A stretch of 29,365 nucleotides of DNA, taken from IMG/VR virus record IMGVR_UViG_2693429774_000014; one strand, 5' to 3'. This DNA is from a virus (Duplodnaviria > Heunggongvirae > Uroviricota > Caudoviricetes). The notes beneath the pieces are model-generated. The model saw nothing but the letters and a program-made list of their open reading frames with translations. It ran no database searches and was not told the origin of the DNA. This document shows positions 1 to 8,384 of this stretch, piece by piece; the stretch's first letter is position 1; each line of letters opens with the position of its first letter. A program made the translations under genes and the position numbers.

Positions 1-1026
1 TTACTTGGAATATTTTCTTGGAATATTTTCAGGTAACGGGACATCAAGTGTCGGTGAAACTTTAACCTTCCTGTCATAGATTAGCACTTGCCCCTCGGTT
101 TTGTGACCAGAGAAAAGTTGCTTATCCCGACTGCTTCCTTCATAGTCTGAAATTCCTTTCGCCTTCAGATCATGAAAGGTGAAGTCGGTTAAAATACCTG
201 AAATTTTGCCTGCGCGATTTCTTGCTTCTACCCACATTTCGTTAAAGCCTTTGTACATATATCGGTTGCCGTATTGATTGCTGATTACATAGGCGGATGT
301 TGGTAACTGTTTTGCTTTTTCGATCGCCGCCTGTAATCGTGGACTCCATGCTTTTATCTGTTTTTTTCCTGTTTTCCCTTGCTGGATAAAGATCCCGTCG
401 TTTCCAATCTGCTCCCATTTCAGCGATAACACATCGGAAACCCTCGCTGCACACAGATAGGCAATTTCCATTGCGATAAAAACAGGAAGAGGTGCAACGC
501 TTAATACTGCCTGGTATTCTTTGTCGGTTACATATCGTTCGCGGTTTTTGGCCTTGAATTTACTTACACCTGCACATGGGTTACCCTTCACGTACCCTCG
601 CTCATACCCCCAACTGTAAACGCGGGACATACTGCTTTTTTCATGGTTGGCTTGCGTTTTACTCTGCTCCCCTCTCTTGTCCATGTATCGACGGATGTGT
701 TCTGGTTTTATGGAATCTGCCGGCACCTTACCGAATACGGCAAGCAACTTTTTTTGATGTTGCAGATAATCTTTTTGTGTTCTTGGACTGAGGTCACTGT
801 AATAGGCGCTGGCGAGGAATTTTTCCCACAAGCGACCGAATGTCATTGCACGATCGCGATTATTTACAGTTTCCTCATACTTTTTCCATAAAGCAGCTAA
901 ACCATCCTTGATGGCGGTTAGTGTTACAGATTCTCTGGATGTTGGTTTCCATACATAACTATATTTATTTGGGTATACATTTGGAGGTAATTTTTCGTGT
1001 TCAGGATTTTTCCTTCGTCTTCCCAT
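1..1026 (-). CDS. int: Tyrosine recombinase, lambda-family phage integrase (341 aa); its stop codon is nt 1-3 of the window, so attL lies off-window
   Basis: N-terminus MGRRRKNPEHEKLPPNVY resembles lambda Int MGRRRSHERRDLPPNLY as I recall it; C-terminal region has HDLKAKG and GHKTEGQVLIYDR (His and catalytic Tyr context). Position at prophage end next to an xis-like gene. Confidence 0.9.
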   Translation of the reverse strand: MGRRRKNPEHEKLPPNVYPNKYSYVWKPTSRESVTLTAIKDGLAALWKKYEETVNNRDRAMTFGRLWEKFLASAYYSDLSPRTQKDYLQHQKKLLAVFGKVPADSIKPEHIRRYMDKRGEQSKTQANHEKSSMSRVYSWGYERGYVKGNPCAGVSKFKAKNRERYVTDKEYQAVLSVAPLPVFIAMEIAYLCAARVSDVLSLKWEQIGNDGIFIQQGKTGKKQIKAWSPRLQAAIEKAKQLPTSAYVISNQYGNRYMYKGFNEMWVEARNRAGKISGILTDFTFHDLKAKGISDYEGSSRDKQLFSGHKTEGQVLIYDRKVKVSPTLDVPLPENIPRKYSK

Positions 1027-1229
1027 CAGATCGCACCAAAATTCGGCTCTACCTCGCGTGGTGGTAAAGTTTTATTGCAGGTAAATAGCTCCCGGCTGAC
1101 AATCGGTTTGCCACTACGATTGGTATAGAACGGAAGCCCGTTTTCCATTAACCATTTTCGCTGGTGGCTTGCATATTTGCAGCCCGTTAATATTAGCAAT
1201 TCATCTTCGGTTAAAAATAAGCTGCTCAT
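1026..1229 (-). CDS. Excisionase-like small DNA-binding protein (67 aa), immediately upstream of int
   Basis: 67-aa ORF whose stop overlaps the int start by 1 nt. Small basic protein in the canonical xis position. Sequence is not lambda Xis-like, so the family call is by position and size. Confidence 0.55.
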   Translation of the reverse strand: MSSLFLTEDELLILTGCKYASHQRKWLMENGLPFYTNRSGKPIVSRELFTCNKTLPPREVEPNFGAI

Positions 1230-1287
1230 AGCTATATCTCATAACCGCCGCTAACTATATACGGTTAGCGGCAATTAGGGTTGAACA

Positions 1288-3759
1288 TTAAAAATCAGCC
1301 TGACTCGGGATCAGTTTTTGCCAGATAGCTGAAACGTATTTTGCCTGGTAACGGGCGTCATCAAGTGCATTATGGCGCTCACCTTCGAATGGAATAGCCG
1401 TTCTGGCATCGAAGTCTATGGCTTTCCCCAGCTCAACGATTGTGCGTACATCGCGATCGTTGTAGTAACGCCACGGGCAGGGGATCCCCTGCCGTTCGTA
1501 TGAACGGCGCAAAATCGTGTTGTCGAAGTTGGCTCCATTTCCCCAGACATGAACAAAAAATTCACCGGAGTTTTCGTCGATAAATTCCCGCAATTGTAAC
1601 AGTGCATCATCTAACGGGATTTCATCGGCCATAATGGCAGATTGCGCTTCGCGTGATTGTTTAAGCCACCATTTAATGGTGTCCCGATCAATGACTCCGC
1701 CAGCAGTTTCCAGATCGATAGTCTTACTAAATTCCGGTCCCATATCTCCGGTTTGCGGATCGAAAAATATTGCACCTATTGAGATAATCGGGGCATCGGG
1801 ATTTTTTCCCATGGTTTCAAGGTCGATCATCAGATGAATCCCCGCTCTGCTGGTGGATGTGAGATTATGATGACCGTTCGCCTTAATTAAGGGATCTGAC
1901 GCCTCGCCAGTTTCACTATCGCTGGCATGATGCTGATTGCCGCCAGTGTTCTCCTTGTGCTGATGCGCAGTGCCTTCCATTTCCTCCGGATCATTTTCCT
2001 GAACTTCAGGCTGATTCTCTCCATCGAATATTTCCTGGTATGTTGCGTCACCCATCACCGCACCACAATCAGGGCAGTTGCCGCCACCGCTCTGACCGCA
2101 GGCGGTGCAGATCTTTTCCGGTTCCTGTTGCACTACTGGTTCAGGTTGTTTCGTTTCTGGCTCGTTTTGTAACGCATTTGGGCTGTTTTGTTCCGCTTTT
2201 TGGTAGTTCCGTTCCGATTCATGCTGGTTCTGGTTCACAGAATCGCGAGTCTGGATCCCCTTGACCCATTTCGGATCATTAGGGGCGCTAATCCCCTCAA
2301 CAAATTCACCACGCGATACAGCAAGTAACTTATCGGCGTCAGGCTGGCTGATATTGGCTGCCTGCATAATTTTGTTTACTTCGTCAGCGGTAACTTTTAC
2401 CGGCCCTGGTTGTGCGGTCGTGTCAGATGCACCAGTATTTTGTTGTGAACCTGAGTATGTACCGTTTTTGCGGGCGAAATATTCTTCTTTCGTGATTTCA
2501 GTAGCCCCAGCAGACAGCGCCTTATCCAGACCAGAAAGTTTGTTTGCGCGACCGTATTTTTCGCCATCCTTGTCGGTGAAGAGGAAGTAGAACGGCCCCT
2601 CACGCTCTACAGATGGTTCAGCTTCCGGCGCGGTTTCATTTTTTGGGATATCAGATACCTCAGTTTCCACTGCATCAGTTTGTGTTTCTGATGACTGGAG
2701 AACATCAACAGTGCCCAGGTCTGTTTCTTCATTCTCAAACACGCCCTTTGTCGTCAGGTATTCGCAGATATATTTGTTCAGTGCTACGGGATCTTTGTGA
2801 ATGTCGATCGGACGTTCACGGACAAGGCCAAAAATAGTCTGGCGGTCGTAGCGAAGGGCATCAGGCTGTTTGCGCATTGATGCCGAGATACGCTTCCAGT
2901 CTTCGCGGCCGTTGTCGATAACTTCATTTTTTGCCCAGCGATGGATGCTGCCGTCAATGTTTCCGGCATCCACATCACCAGGCCAGAGAGCGTAGGCCAG
3001 TTCGTCATCCAGTGTTTTCCATGTCTGCTTGTATTCGCGATGAATGGCAGCAATGACCGGGCTGATTTTTCCTGTTGAATTTTCAGTGTACTGTTGATTG
3101 GCTCTGGCGCGGGCGAGATCAACAACAGACGTGTATTTTCCGGTTTCCTTGCGTTCACCTTCGCGACGTTTTTTCCAGATGCGCATCTCTGCCTGAATTT
3201 CGGGCCATTTAGCACCAGGAATACATTTATGCTTAACCCACCCAATGGCGTGCAACTTAAGCTCCGGATACATGGCGTTAACTTCTGGCATTTTCATCAA
3301 CGCTTCAACGATATGTCCGTCGAATGTTGCCATGTCTTCCTGCAACAATTCCTGTGCGCTAATAACCATATCAACGGTGATGTTTTCACATGTGTCGAAC
3401 TTAACCATGACAGCGTTCTGTACTTCAGGGGCCAGCTTGTCAAAAGTGACGTTCATCGGATCGGATTCAGTCTCAACCGGGACAAAAGAAGCAGACTCCT
3501 CATCCCAGCGGTTTTCCTGCATATATTCAGCATCCCATGAATCGAGGGCAGGGCGGGGTATGCCAGGTTTATCCTCGCAGACAATAAATTTATAAGCGCA
3601 GTCCTGAGCAGCCGGATAATGTTCCAGGAATTGCCAGTGAAATTTTGCGCGGGCGCGACATTCATCACCGGCTTCAATGGCAGTGGCTACAGCGACTGCA
3701 CCTTCTTCCTTTATTGCCTGTTCGTCCGGAATGGCGGCGCAAATAAAGACTTTACTCAT
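1288..3759 (-). CDS. Large prophage exonuclease (823 aa): RecE-like (exodeoxyribonuclease VIII-like) N-terminal and middle region, C-terminal DnaQ-like DEDDh 3'-5' exonuclease domain; intact counterpart of K-12 Qin ydfE
   Basis: Segment DADKLLAVSRGEFVEGISAPNDPKWVKGIQTRD matches the Rac RecE segment I recall. C-terminal 180 aa carries DEDDh motifs (MIDLETMG; HNALDDARYQAKY). GAGGT ribosome-binding site 9 nt upstream of ATG. Confidence 0.85.
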   Translation of the reverse strand: MSKVFICAAIPDEQAIKEEGAVAVATAIEAGDECRARAKFHWQFLEHYPAAQDCAYKFIVCEDKPGIPRPALDSWDAEYMQENRWDEESASFVPVETESDPMNVTFDKLAPEVQNAVMVKFDTCENITVDMVISAQELLQEDMATFDGHIVEALMKMPEVNAMYPELKLHAIGWVKHKCIPGAKWPEIQAEMRIWKKRREGERKETGKYTSVVDLARARANQQYTENSTGKISPVIAAIHREYKQTWKTLDDELAYALWPGDVDAGNIDGSIHRWAKNEVIDNGREDWKRISASMRKQPDALRYDRQTIFGLVRERPIDIHKDPVALNKYICEYLTTKGVFENEETDLGTVDVLQSSETQTDAVETEVSDIPKNETAPEAEPSVEREGPFYFLFTDKDGEKYGRANKLSGLDKALSAGATEITKEEYFARKNGTYSGSQQNTGASDTTAQPGPVKVTADEVNKIMQAANISQPDADKLLAVSRGEFVEGISAPNDPKWVKGIQTRDSVNQNQHESERNYQKAEQNSPNALQNEPETKQPEPVVQQEPEKICTACGQSGGGNCPDCGAVMGDATYQEIFDGENQPEVQENDPEEMEGTAHQHKENTGGNQHHASDSETGEASDPLIKANGHHNLTSTSRAGIHLMIDLETMGKNPDAPIISIGAIFFDPQTGDMGPEFSKTIDLETAGGVIDRDTIKWWLKQSREAQSAIMADEIPLDDALLQLREFIDENSGEFFVHVWGNGANFDNTILRRSYERQGIPCPWRYYNDRDVRTIVELGKAIDFDARTAIPFEGERHNALDDARYQAKYVSAIWQKLIPSQADF

Positions 3760-3851
3760 TTTGTTTTACCTCATTACAGATTTAAGGGTGAACAAATCCC
3801 TGCCATTGCTGGCATATAAGAATGAAACCGGATATTTATTACGGAACTGTT

Positions 3852-4043
3852 TTAAAGACCTGCCGGGATTTCGTTATTATCCTGGTGAATAACTTTATCG
3901 ACCGGGTAACAGTTACCGGGAATTTTCTGTTCGGTTGCTGCAGTCACACACTCCTGCATTGTCCTGTGAACACTGACTGCAATATCAACTGGCTCTCCGG
4001 AAACAAGAAAAACTGTCAGAACAAGTGCAAATGCTGTATTCAT
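3852..4043 (-). CDS. ydfD: YdfD-like small membrane lysis protein (63 aa); ORF could extend to an upstream ATG at 4097 (81 aa)
   Basis: MNTAFALVLTVFLVSGEPVD... has an N-terminal hydrophobic segment. ATGA start/stop overlap with dicB. Same size and position as K-12 Qin ydfD. Confidence 0.6.
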   Translation of the reverse strand: MNTAFALVLTVFLVSGEPVDIAVSVHRTMQECVTAATEQKIPGNCYPVDKVIHQDNNEIPAGL

Positions 4044-4228
4044 TGCCAGCATCCTTTTTGTATCGGACGTAAACGGGCCAGCATTGAAAGAATGCATATT
4101 TTATTTAATAACTCCCGTTCGTGTTTTCTCTTGTTAATGGCATCTTCAGTAAATACAGGGTTACTGATAGTGACACCAATTTCAAAACAACCTTCAGACG
4201 TATTAACGTTTGGTAATAACGTTTCCAT
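4040..4228 (-). CDS. dicB: Cell division inhibitor DicB (62 aa)
   Basis: METLLPNVNTSEGCFEIGVTISNPVFTEDAINKRKHERELLNKICILSMLARLRPIQKGCWQ is 62 aa, matching my recollection of K-12 DicB. GAGGA ribosome-binding site upstream. Immediately downstream of the DicF sRNA, as in Qin. Confidence 0.8.
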   Translation of the reverse strand: METLLPNVNTSEGCFEIGVTISNPVFTEDAINKRKHERELLNKICILSMLARLRPIQKGCWQ

Positions 4229-4402
4229 TATCGCGTCCTCAACAATGAATTTTGTGATGCGATGCCTGGTGCCTCCAGGTGACGTTAACCAGTTAACAAT
4301 TAACGCCGGATACAGAGAATCCACCCATAACACTGTTTTTGGTTTTAACTGTTCCGCGTGCGCTCAGCCGCATTCACCACATCACAAAATTCACTTTAAA
4401 AA

Positions 4403-4455
4403 GGGCGGCAGAGCAGTCACGGAGTAAAACTGATACCGCCAAACGTCACCAGAAA
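4403..4455 (-). ncRNA. dicF: DicF small regulatory RNA (53 nt processed form; intrinsic-terminator U-tract extends to about 4398)
   Basis: Minus-strand sequence UUUCUGGUGACGUUUGGCGGUAUCAGUUUUACUCCGUGACUGCUCUGCCGCCC followed by UUUUU matches DicF as I recall it. Lies between ydfC and dicB as in the K-12 dicB operon. Confidence 0.7.
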
Positions 4456-4796
4456 ATTGATAACAGAGGGCGTTGCAGCGGGGTTGTCACTTAAGCGTAT
4501 GGTCAACCTGACAACCCGGTGTCCTCAACGGGGGAAGGAATAACCCCGCCATACTTACCGCCGCGCCATTTCGCGGATTGCCACAACCGGAAGCGCACGG
4601 TCGACGAAAATTTAACGACAGGCTATCTATGAACCAGCTACCTCGCCGTGCGCTTTCGCGTTATGGTCTGACTTTTCAGGGAAATATCCTTTCAGTAAAC
4701 TGTCAATGCCGGATGCTCACCCGTGTCCGGCGCACGCACTCCACCTCACCCGTGGAGAACTCCTTAATTACTAACCTTAGCTTTGTTGATTAGCTA

Positions 4797-5015
4797 CTAA
4801 CGCGGGTATGTAATCATTCTGGCAATGCTTAATGCCGCTGCTTTTTCCAGATTGGTGATATCCTGCTCCAGAGCGGACAGATTTTCAGCCTGCTTAGCTC
4901 TGGCTTCATTGGCCCATTTCAGATCCTGCGCTGCATTAATTTTCTGGTGCATCCACTCATAAAGTTCATCATCGGTATAGTCTGGCGCGATGATGACGGG
5001 TTCTCGTTTCTGCAT
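4797..5015 (-). CDS. ydfC: YdfC-like protein of the dicB operon (72 aa)
   Basis: 72-aa ORF with GAGGAA ribosome-binding site 6 nt upstream. Correct position and size relative to ydfA/ydfB/dicF. Confidence 0.6.
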   Translation of the reverse strand: MQKREPVIIAPDYTDDELYEWMHQKINAAQDLKWANEARAKQAENLSALEQDITNLEKAAALSIARMITYPR

Positions 5016-5041
5016 ACTGATTCCTCGCGGTGCTGTTTCGC

Positions 5042-5173
5042 TTATCAGCCGTTAGATTTTGCCGAACTGGAAAGCGCCTGTTTAAATTCGTTGAAGCTGA
5101 GAGCTTCTTCGCCTTCGGCAAGACCTTCGAAGTATTCTTCGTAAGCCTTTTCCATGATTGTGTCGAAATCCAT
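5042..5173 (-). CDS. ydfB: YdfB-like small acidic protein (43 aa; not in the supplied ORF track because it is under 60 aa)
   Basis: ORF MDFDTIMEKAYEEYFEGLAEGEEALSFNEFKQALSSSAKSNG found by reading the minus strand. AGGTGA ribosome-binding site; start is 2 nt from the ydfA stop. K-12 ydfB is about 42 aa. Confidence 0.45.
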
Positions 5174-5174
5174 A

Positions 5175-5330
5175 TCACTCACCTGAGTTTCTTTCCAGCC
5201 AGCGACGGGCACCATTTTCGGTTTTAAACGTTTTGCTTTTGGTATACGTCATCGCGGTGAACGTACCGTCCTGGTTGGGAAACACGCCGTACACCAGAGA
5301 TTCGTTGTTGCCAAGATCGATAGTATCCAT
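5175..5330 (-). CDS. ydfA: YdfA-like protein (51 aa), first gene of the dicB operon
   Basis: MDTIDLGNNESLVYGVFPNQDGTFTAMTYTKSKTFKTENGARRWLERNSGE. GAGG ribosome-binding site upstream of the internal ATG at 5328-5330. The track's longer 69-aa form lacks a ribosome-binding site. Confidence 0.5.
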   Translation of the reverse strand: MDTIDLGNNESLVYGVFPNQDGTFTAMTYTKSKTFKTENGARRWLERNSGE

Positions 5331-5410
5331 GCTGACCTCATTTCCCCTTAACGCTGGGGTAGCGGAACTGTTTGCTGAGAACACCGTGCGGTGTGTTGAT
5401 GCAAATAAGA

Positions 5411-5424
5411 TTAGCCATGGCTAA
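5411..5424. promoter_or_regulatory. Palindromic operator TTAGCCATGGCTAA in the dicB-operon promoter region; related half-site copy TGTTATGGCTAACA at about 5448-5461
   Basis: Perfect 14-bp palindrome read directly. Shares the half-site TTAG..CTAA with the dicA-dicC intergenic palindrome. Located upstream of ydfA between the divergent dicA and dicB-operon genes. Confidence 0.55.
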
Positions 5425-5496
5425 CATATAGGTCAAGTGATTTTGTATGTTATGGCTAACATGATTGATGTGGTAAAAGATAACTCATTGATGATG

Positions 5497-5904
5497 TTAT
5501 CTTTTATTTGTCCGCTGACGGGCTTTTAGTAATTCTTCAAAGAGTTTATTGAAGTTTTTTACTCGAGCTCGCATTTCGGCGAGCTGGGTATCCTGTTCTG
5601 ATTCTGGCAGTGCATTAAACAGCTCAAGGAGCTCTAGTTCTTTGGGGGATAAGGCAACTGGCTTCTCAACAGGTGGTGTTGGTTGCTTGTCTTCATCGCC
5701 AAATAGAATCCATGTTGGTGAGCATTGCAATACTTTGCTGAGGGCAAAAAGGTTCTTCCCTGTAGGTTCACTATCATCCCGTTCCCATTGTGATACAGAC
5801 ACATGGGAGATTTTCAGGGCTTTAGCAAGAGACCTTTGGGTGTGTTTGAGGTTTTTCCGACGATACCTAATGCGTTCGCCGATAGTTAAATTTTTTGTTT
5901 CCAT
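5497..5904 (-). CDS. dicA: DicA, HTH (XRE-family) repressor of the dicB operon (135 aa)
   Basis: METKNLTIGERIRYRRKNLKHTQRSLAKALKISHVSVSQWERDDSEPTGKNL... has an N-terminal HTH. 135 aa as in K-12 DicA. Divergent from dicC. Confidence 0.9.
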   Translation of the reverse strand: METKNLTIGERIRYRRKNLKHTQRSLAKALKISHVSVSQWERDDSEPTGKNLFALSKVLQCSPTWILFGDEDKQPTPPVEKPVALSPKELELLELFNALPESEQDTQLAEMRARVKNFNKLFEELLKARQRTNKR

Positions 5905-5953
5905 AGTTAGCTAATGCTAAATCGTATTGACTATGTTTTTGTTAACATCTATT

Positions 5954-5973
5954 TTGTTAGTCATGACTAACAA
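5954..5973. promoter_or_regulatory. 20-bp perfect palindrome TTGTTAGTCATGACTAACAA in the dicA-dicC intergenic region (operator)
   Basis: Self-complementary sequence read directly; sits between the divergent dicA and dicC starts. Confidence 0.6.
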
Positions 5974-5987
5974 TAAAGGTGTTTTAA

Positions 5988-6218
5988 ATGCTTAAAACTG
6001 ACGCTCTTTTGTATTTCGGTTCAAAAACAAAACTTGCACAAGCAGCAGGTATTCGTTTGGCTTCGCTTTATAGCTGGAAAGGGGATTTAGTTCCCGAAGG
6101 TCGCGCGATGCGTCTACAGGAGGCATCTGGCGGGGAGCTTCAGTATGATCCCAAAGTTTATGATGAATATCGTAAGACGAAGCGGGCGGGGCGGTTGAAC
6201 AATGAAAATCACTCCTGA
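5988..6218 (+). CDS. dicC: DicC, Cro-like regulator (76 aa)
   Basis: 76-aa ORF divergent from dicA with AAAGGTG ribosome-binding site. Sequence MLKTDALLYFGSKTKLAQAAGIRLASLYSWKGD... matches my recollection of DicC. Confidence 0.85.
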   Translation: MLKTDALLYFGSKTKLAQAAGIRLASLYSWKGDLVPEGRAMRLQEASGGELQYDPKVYDEYRKTKRAGRLNNENHS

Positions 6219-6723
6219 ACAGGCTCGTGAGGCTCTGGATGCCTGGATATGTCGACCAGGAATGACACAGGAGCAGGCGACGATATTAATCACTGAAGCA
6301 TTCTGGGCTTTGAAAGAGCGCCCGAACATCGATGTTCAGCGTGTCACAGATGAAGGTGGCGCGGTTGATCAGCGAGCGCTTGGCGTTAATCGAGTGAAGA
6401 TATTCGAACGCTGGAAGGCTATCGACACCAGGGATAAGCGTGAAAAGTTCACGGCGCTAGTGCCTGCGATTATGGAGGCTATCCGGATTAGTGATTTCAG
6501 GTTGTATCGTGAGATCAGTGATGGAAAAAGTATTACGTACATGATCGCCGGGTTAAATAAAGAATATGGCGATGTGGTGGAATCCGGACTGCTTTTTGCA
6601 GATCCTGCCGTTGTAGATCGTGAAACTGACGAACTTATAGAAAAAGCAATTGCTTTCAAGCTTGCGCATCGACAGCAATACCAACAAAAAGCTGGATGGA
6701 ATTATGAGTCTTCTTTTTGCTGA
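6202..6723 (+). CDS. Hypothetical early-region protein (173 aa), in the cII/YdaT position between the cro-like gene and the replication gene
   Basis: ORF overlaps the dicC stop and the downstream replication gene start (operon coupling). No motif I can assign. Confidence 0.55.
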   Translation: MKITPEQAREALDAWICRPGMTQEQATILITEAFWALKERPNIDVQRVTDEGGAVDQRALGVNRVKIFERWKAIDTRDKREKFTALVPAIMEAIRISDFRLYREISDGKSITYMIAGLNKEYGDVVESGLLFADPAVVDRETDELIEKAIAFKLAHRQQYQQKAGWNYESSFC

Positions 6724-7669
6724 ACGCCCACTGGTTATAAACACGCAGCTGGCAATGAAAATTGGCTTAAACGAAGCCATTGTTTTGCAACAACTGCACT
6801 ACTGGTTGAGAGATACCAACTCCGGCATGGAATGTGATGGTGTTCGCTGGATTTATAACACAACGGAACAATGGCTGGAACAGTTCCCATTCTGGTCAGA
6901 GTCAACGTTAAAGCGCGCGTTTGCAAGTCTGAAAACGCTGGGGCTTTTGCGTTGTGAAAAGCTCAATAAATCAAAGCGCGATATGACCAATTTCTACACG
7001 ATCAACTACGGGAGCGAGCTTTTAGATGGTGGCAAATTGAGCGAATCCATCGGTTTAAAATGCGCCGCTCCATCAGGTCAAAATGACACGATGGAAGAGG
7101 TCAAAATGAAACGCTCCATTGGTTCAAAACGACTCAATGTCATCGGGTCAAAATGGCCTGATGATCTTACAGAGAATACAACAGAGATTACTACAGAGAA
7201 TAAAAAGACTTCTCGTCCGGAAGCTTCGCAACCGGACCCGCAGACGGTTGAACAGGATTTTTTAACCCGACACCCTGACGCGGTTGTGTTCAGTGCGAAA
7301 AAACGCCAGTGGGGCAGCCAGGAAGATTTGGCGTGTGCGCAGTGGATCTGGGGGCGAATCGTGAGTCTTTACGAGCAGGCCGCCAGCGATGATGGCGAGA
7401 TTTCGCGACCGAAAGAACCCAACTGGACCGCATGGGCCAACGACGTGCGCACAATGCGGATGCTGGATGGCAGAACTCACAGACAAATTTGTGAAATGTT
7501 TGGTCGGGTGCAGCGGGATCCATTCTGGGTAAAAAATATCATGAGTCCGTCAAAGCTTCGCGAAAAATGGGATGAACTGGTTATCCGCCTGGGGCGTTCG
7601 TCTGTACAGCGTTGTGTGAATCATATTTCTGAGCCGGATACCGAAATTCCGCCGGGCTTCAGGGGGTAA
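6704..7669 (+). CDS. Phage replication protein with DnaT-like (primosomal protein I) C-terminal domain; start taken at the internal ATG (MSLLFAERP), ORF could begin at 6650
   Basis: C-terminus ...VNHISEPDTEIPPGFRG closely matches the E. coli DnaT C-terminus (...SEPDSQIPPGFRG) as I recall it. The N-terminal half is of a type I associate with phage replication organisers. Confidence 0.8.
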   Translation: MSLLFAERPLVINTQLAMKIGLNEAIVLQQLHYWLRDTNSGMECDGVRWIYNTTEQWLEQFPFWSESTLKRAFASLKTLGLLRCEKLNKSKRDMTNFYTINYGSELLDGGKLSESIGLKCAAPSGQNDTMEEVKMKRSIGSKRLNVIGSKWPDDLTENTTEITTENKKTSRPEASQPDPQTVEQDFLTRHPDAVVFSAKKRQWGSQEDLACAQWIWGRIVSLYEQAASDDGEISRPKEPNWTAWANDVRTMRMLDGRTHRQICEMFGRVQRDPFWVKNIMSPSKLREKWDELVIRLGRSSVQRCVNHISEPDTEIPPGFRG

Positions 7670-7709
7670 GTGTTAATTTCTGGTCATGAGGTAATTTTCA
7701 GGAGGGCTT

Positions 7710-8132
7710 GTGGCAAAAGTTTTTACACAAGAAGAGCGGGAAAAAATTAAAGGGCAGGTTGTTGAACTCGTACGCCGGAGTGGGCGTGAGACGTTACGGC
7801 AACTGGAAGTCAAGACAGGTGCGACAAGATATCTGATGAGCGTTCTCGCAAGAGAGCTGGTTGCCAGCGGCGATGTATACAACTCTGGTTACGGGTTATT
7901 CCCGTCTGAACAGGCGCGTAAGGACTGGCAAAATGCCCGTAAAAAGCTCTCAAGGGCAAAGCTGAAGGAACCATCTGCGGTTGATCCGGACCTTATCTGG
8001 TCATTACCTGACGGAGAAATACGTCGCTACGACAGGCGTCAGAACATAATCTGTCGCGAGTGCCGGAAGAGTGAAGTTATGCAGCGCATACTAGCATTCT
8101 ATCAGGGAAATGCTCGATATTTATTGAAGTGA
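7710..8132 (+). CDS. Hypothetical phage protein (140 aa, GTG start), basic
   Basis: Strong AGGAGGG ribosome-binding site 7 nt upstream of GTG; basic, Cys-containing C-terminal half (RECRKSEVMQR). No confident family assignment. Confidence 0.6.
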   Translation: MAKVFTQEEREKIKGQVVELVRRSGRETLRQLEVKTGATRYLMSVLARELVASGDVYNSGYGLFPSEQARKDWQNARKKLSRAKLKEPSAVDPDLIWSLPDGEIRRYDRRQNIICRECRKSEVMQRILAFYQGNARYLLK

Positions 8133-8384
8133 TGAGATTAAAGTTTATTAGTTCAGATATTGATTGGCTCTTTTGTGGAGTAGGGTAGAGTTAGTGTGTT
8201 TGTCTGCTTGGTGCCAGCAGCGGATATGTTTAACAACAGAAAGCATTCAGCATGGTTAGTGGATTTGCAAAGTGGATTAGGATTTGAGAAACTTTGATGA
8301 AGTTGTAAAGCTTGTTTCTATAAAAATAGAAATTTAACTAATAGTTAAACACACCTCCAGCTTCATTGAAAAGGATTATTAGCT

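Noticed and set aside
3822-4427. 201-aa plus-strand ORF overlapping ydfD, dicB and DicF
   Set aside because: It is antisense to the conserved dicB-ydfD genes and the DicF sRNA, Cys-rich with no ribosome-binding site; the minus-strand genes explain the region.
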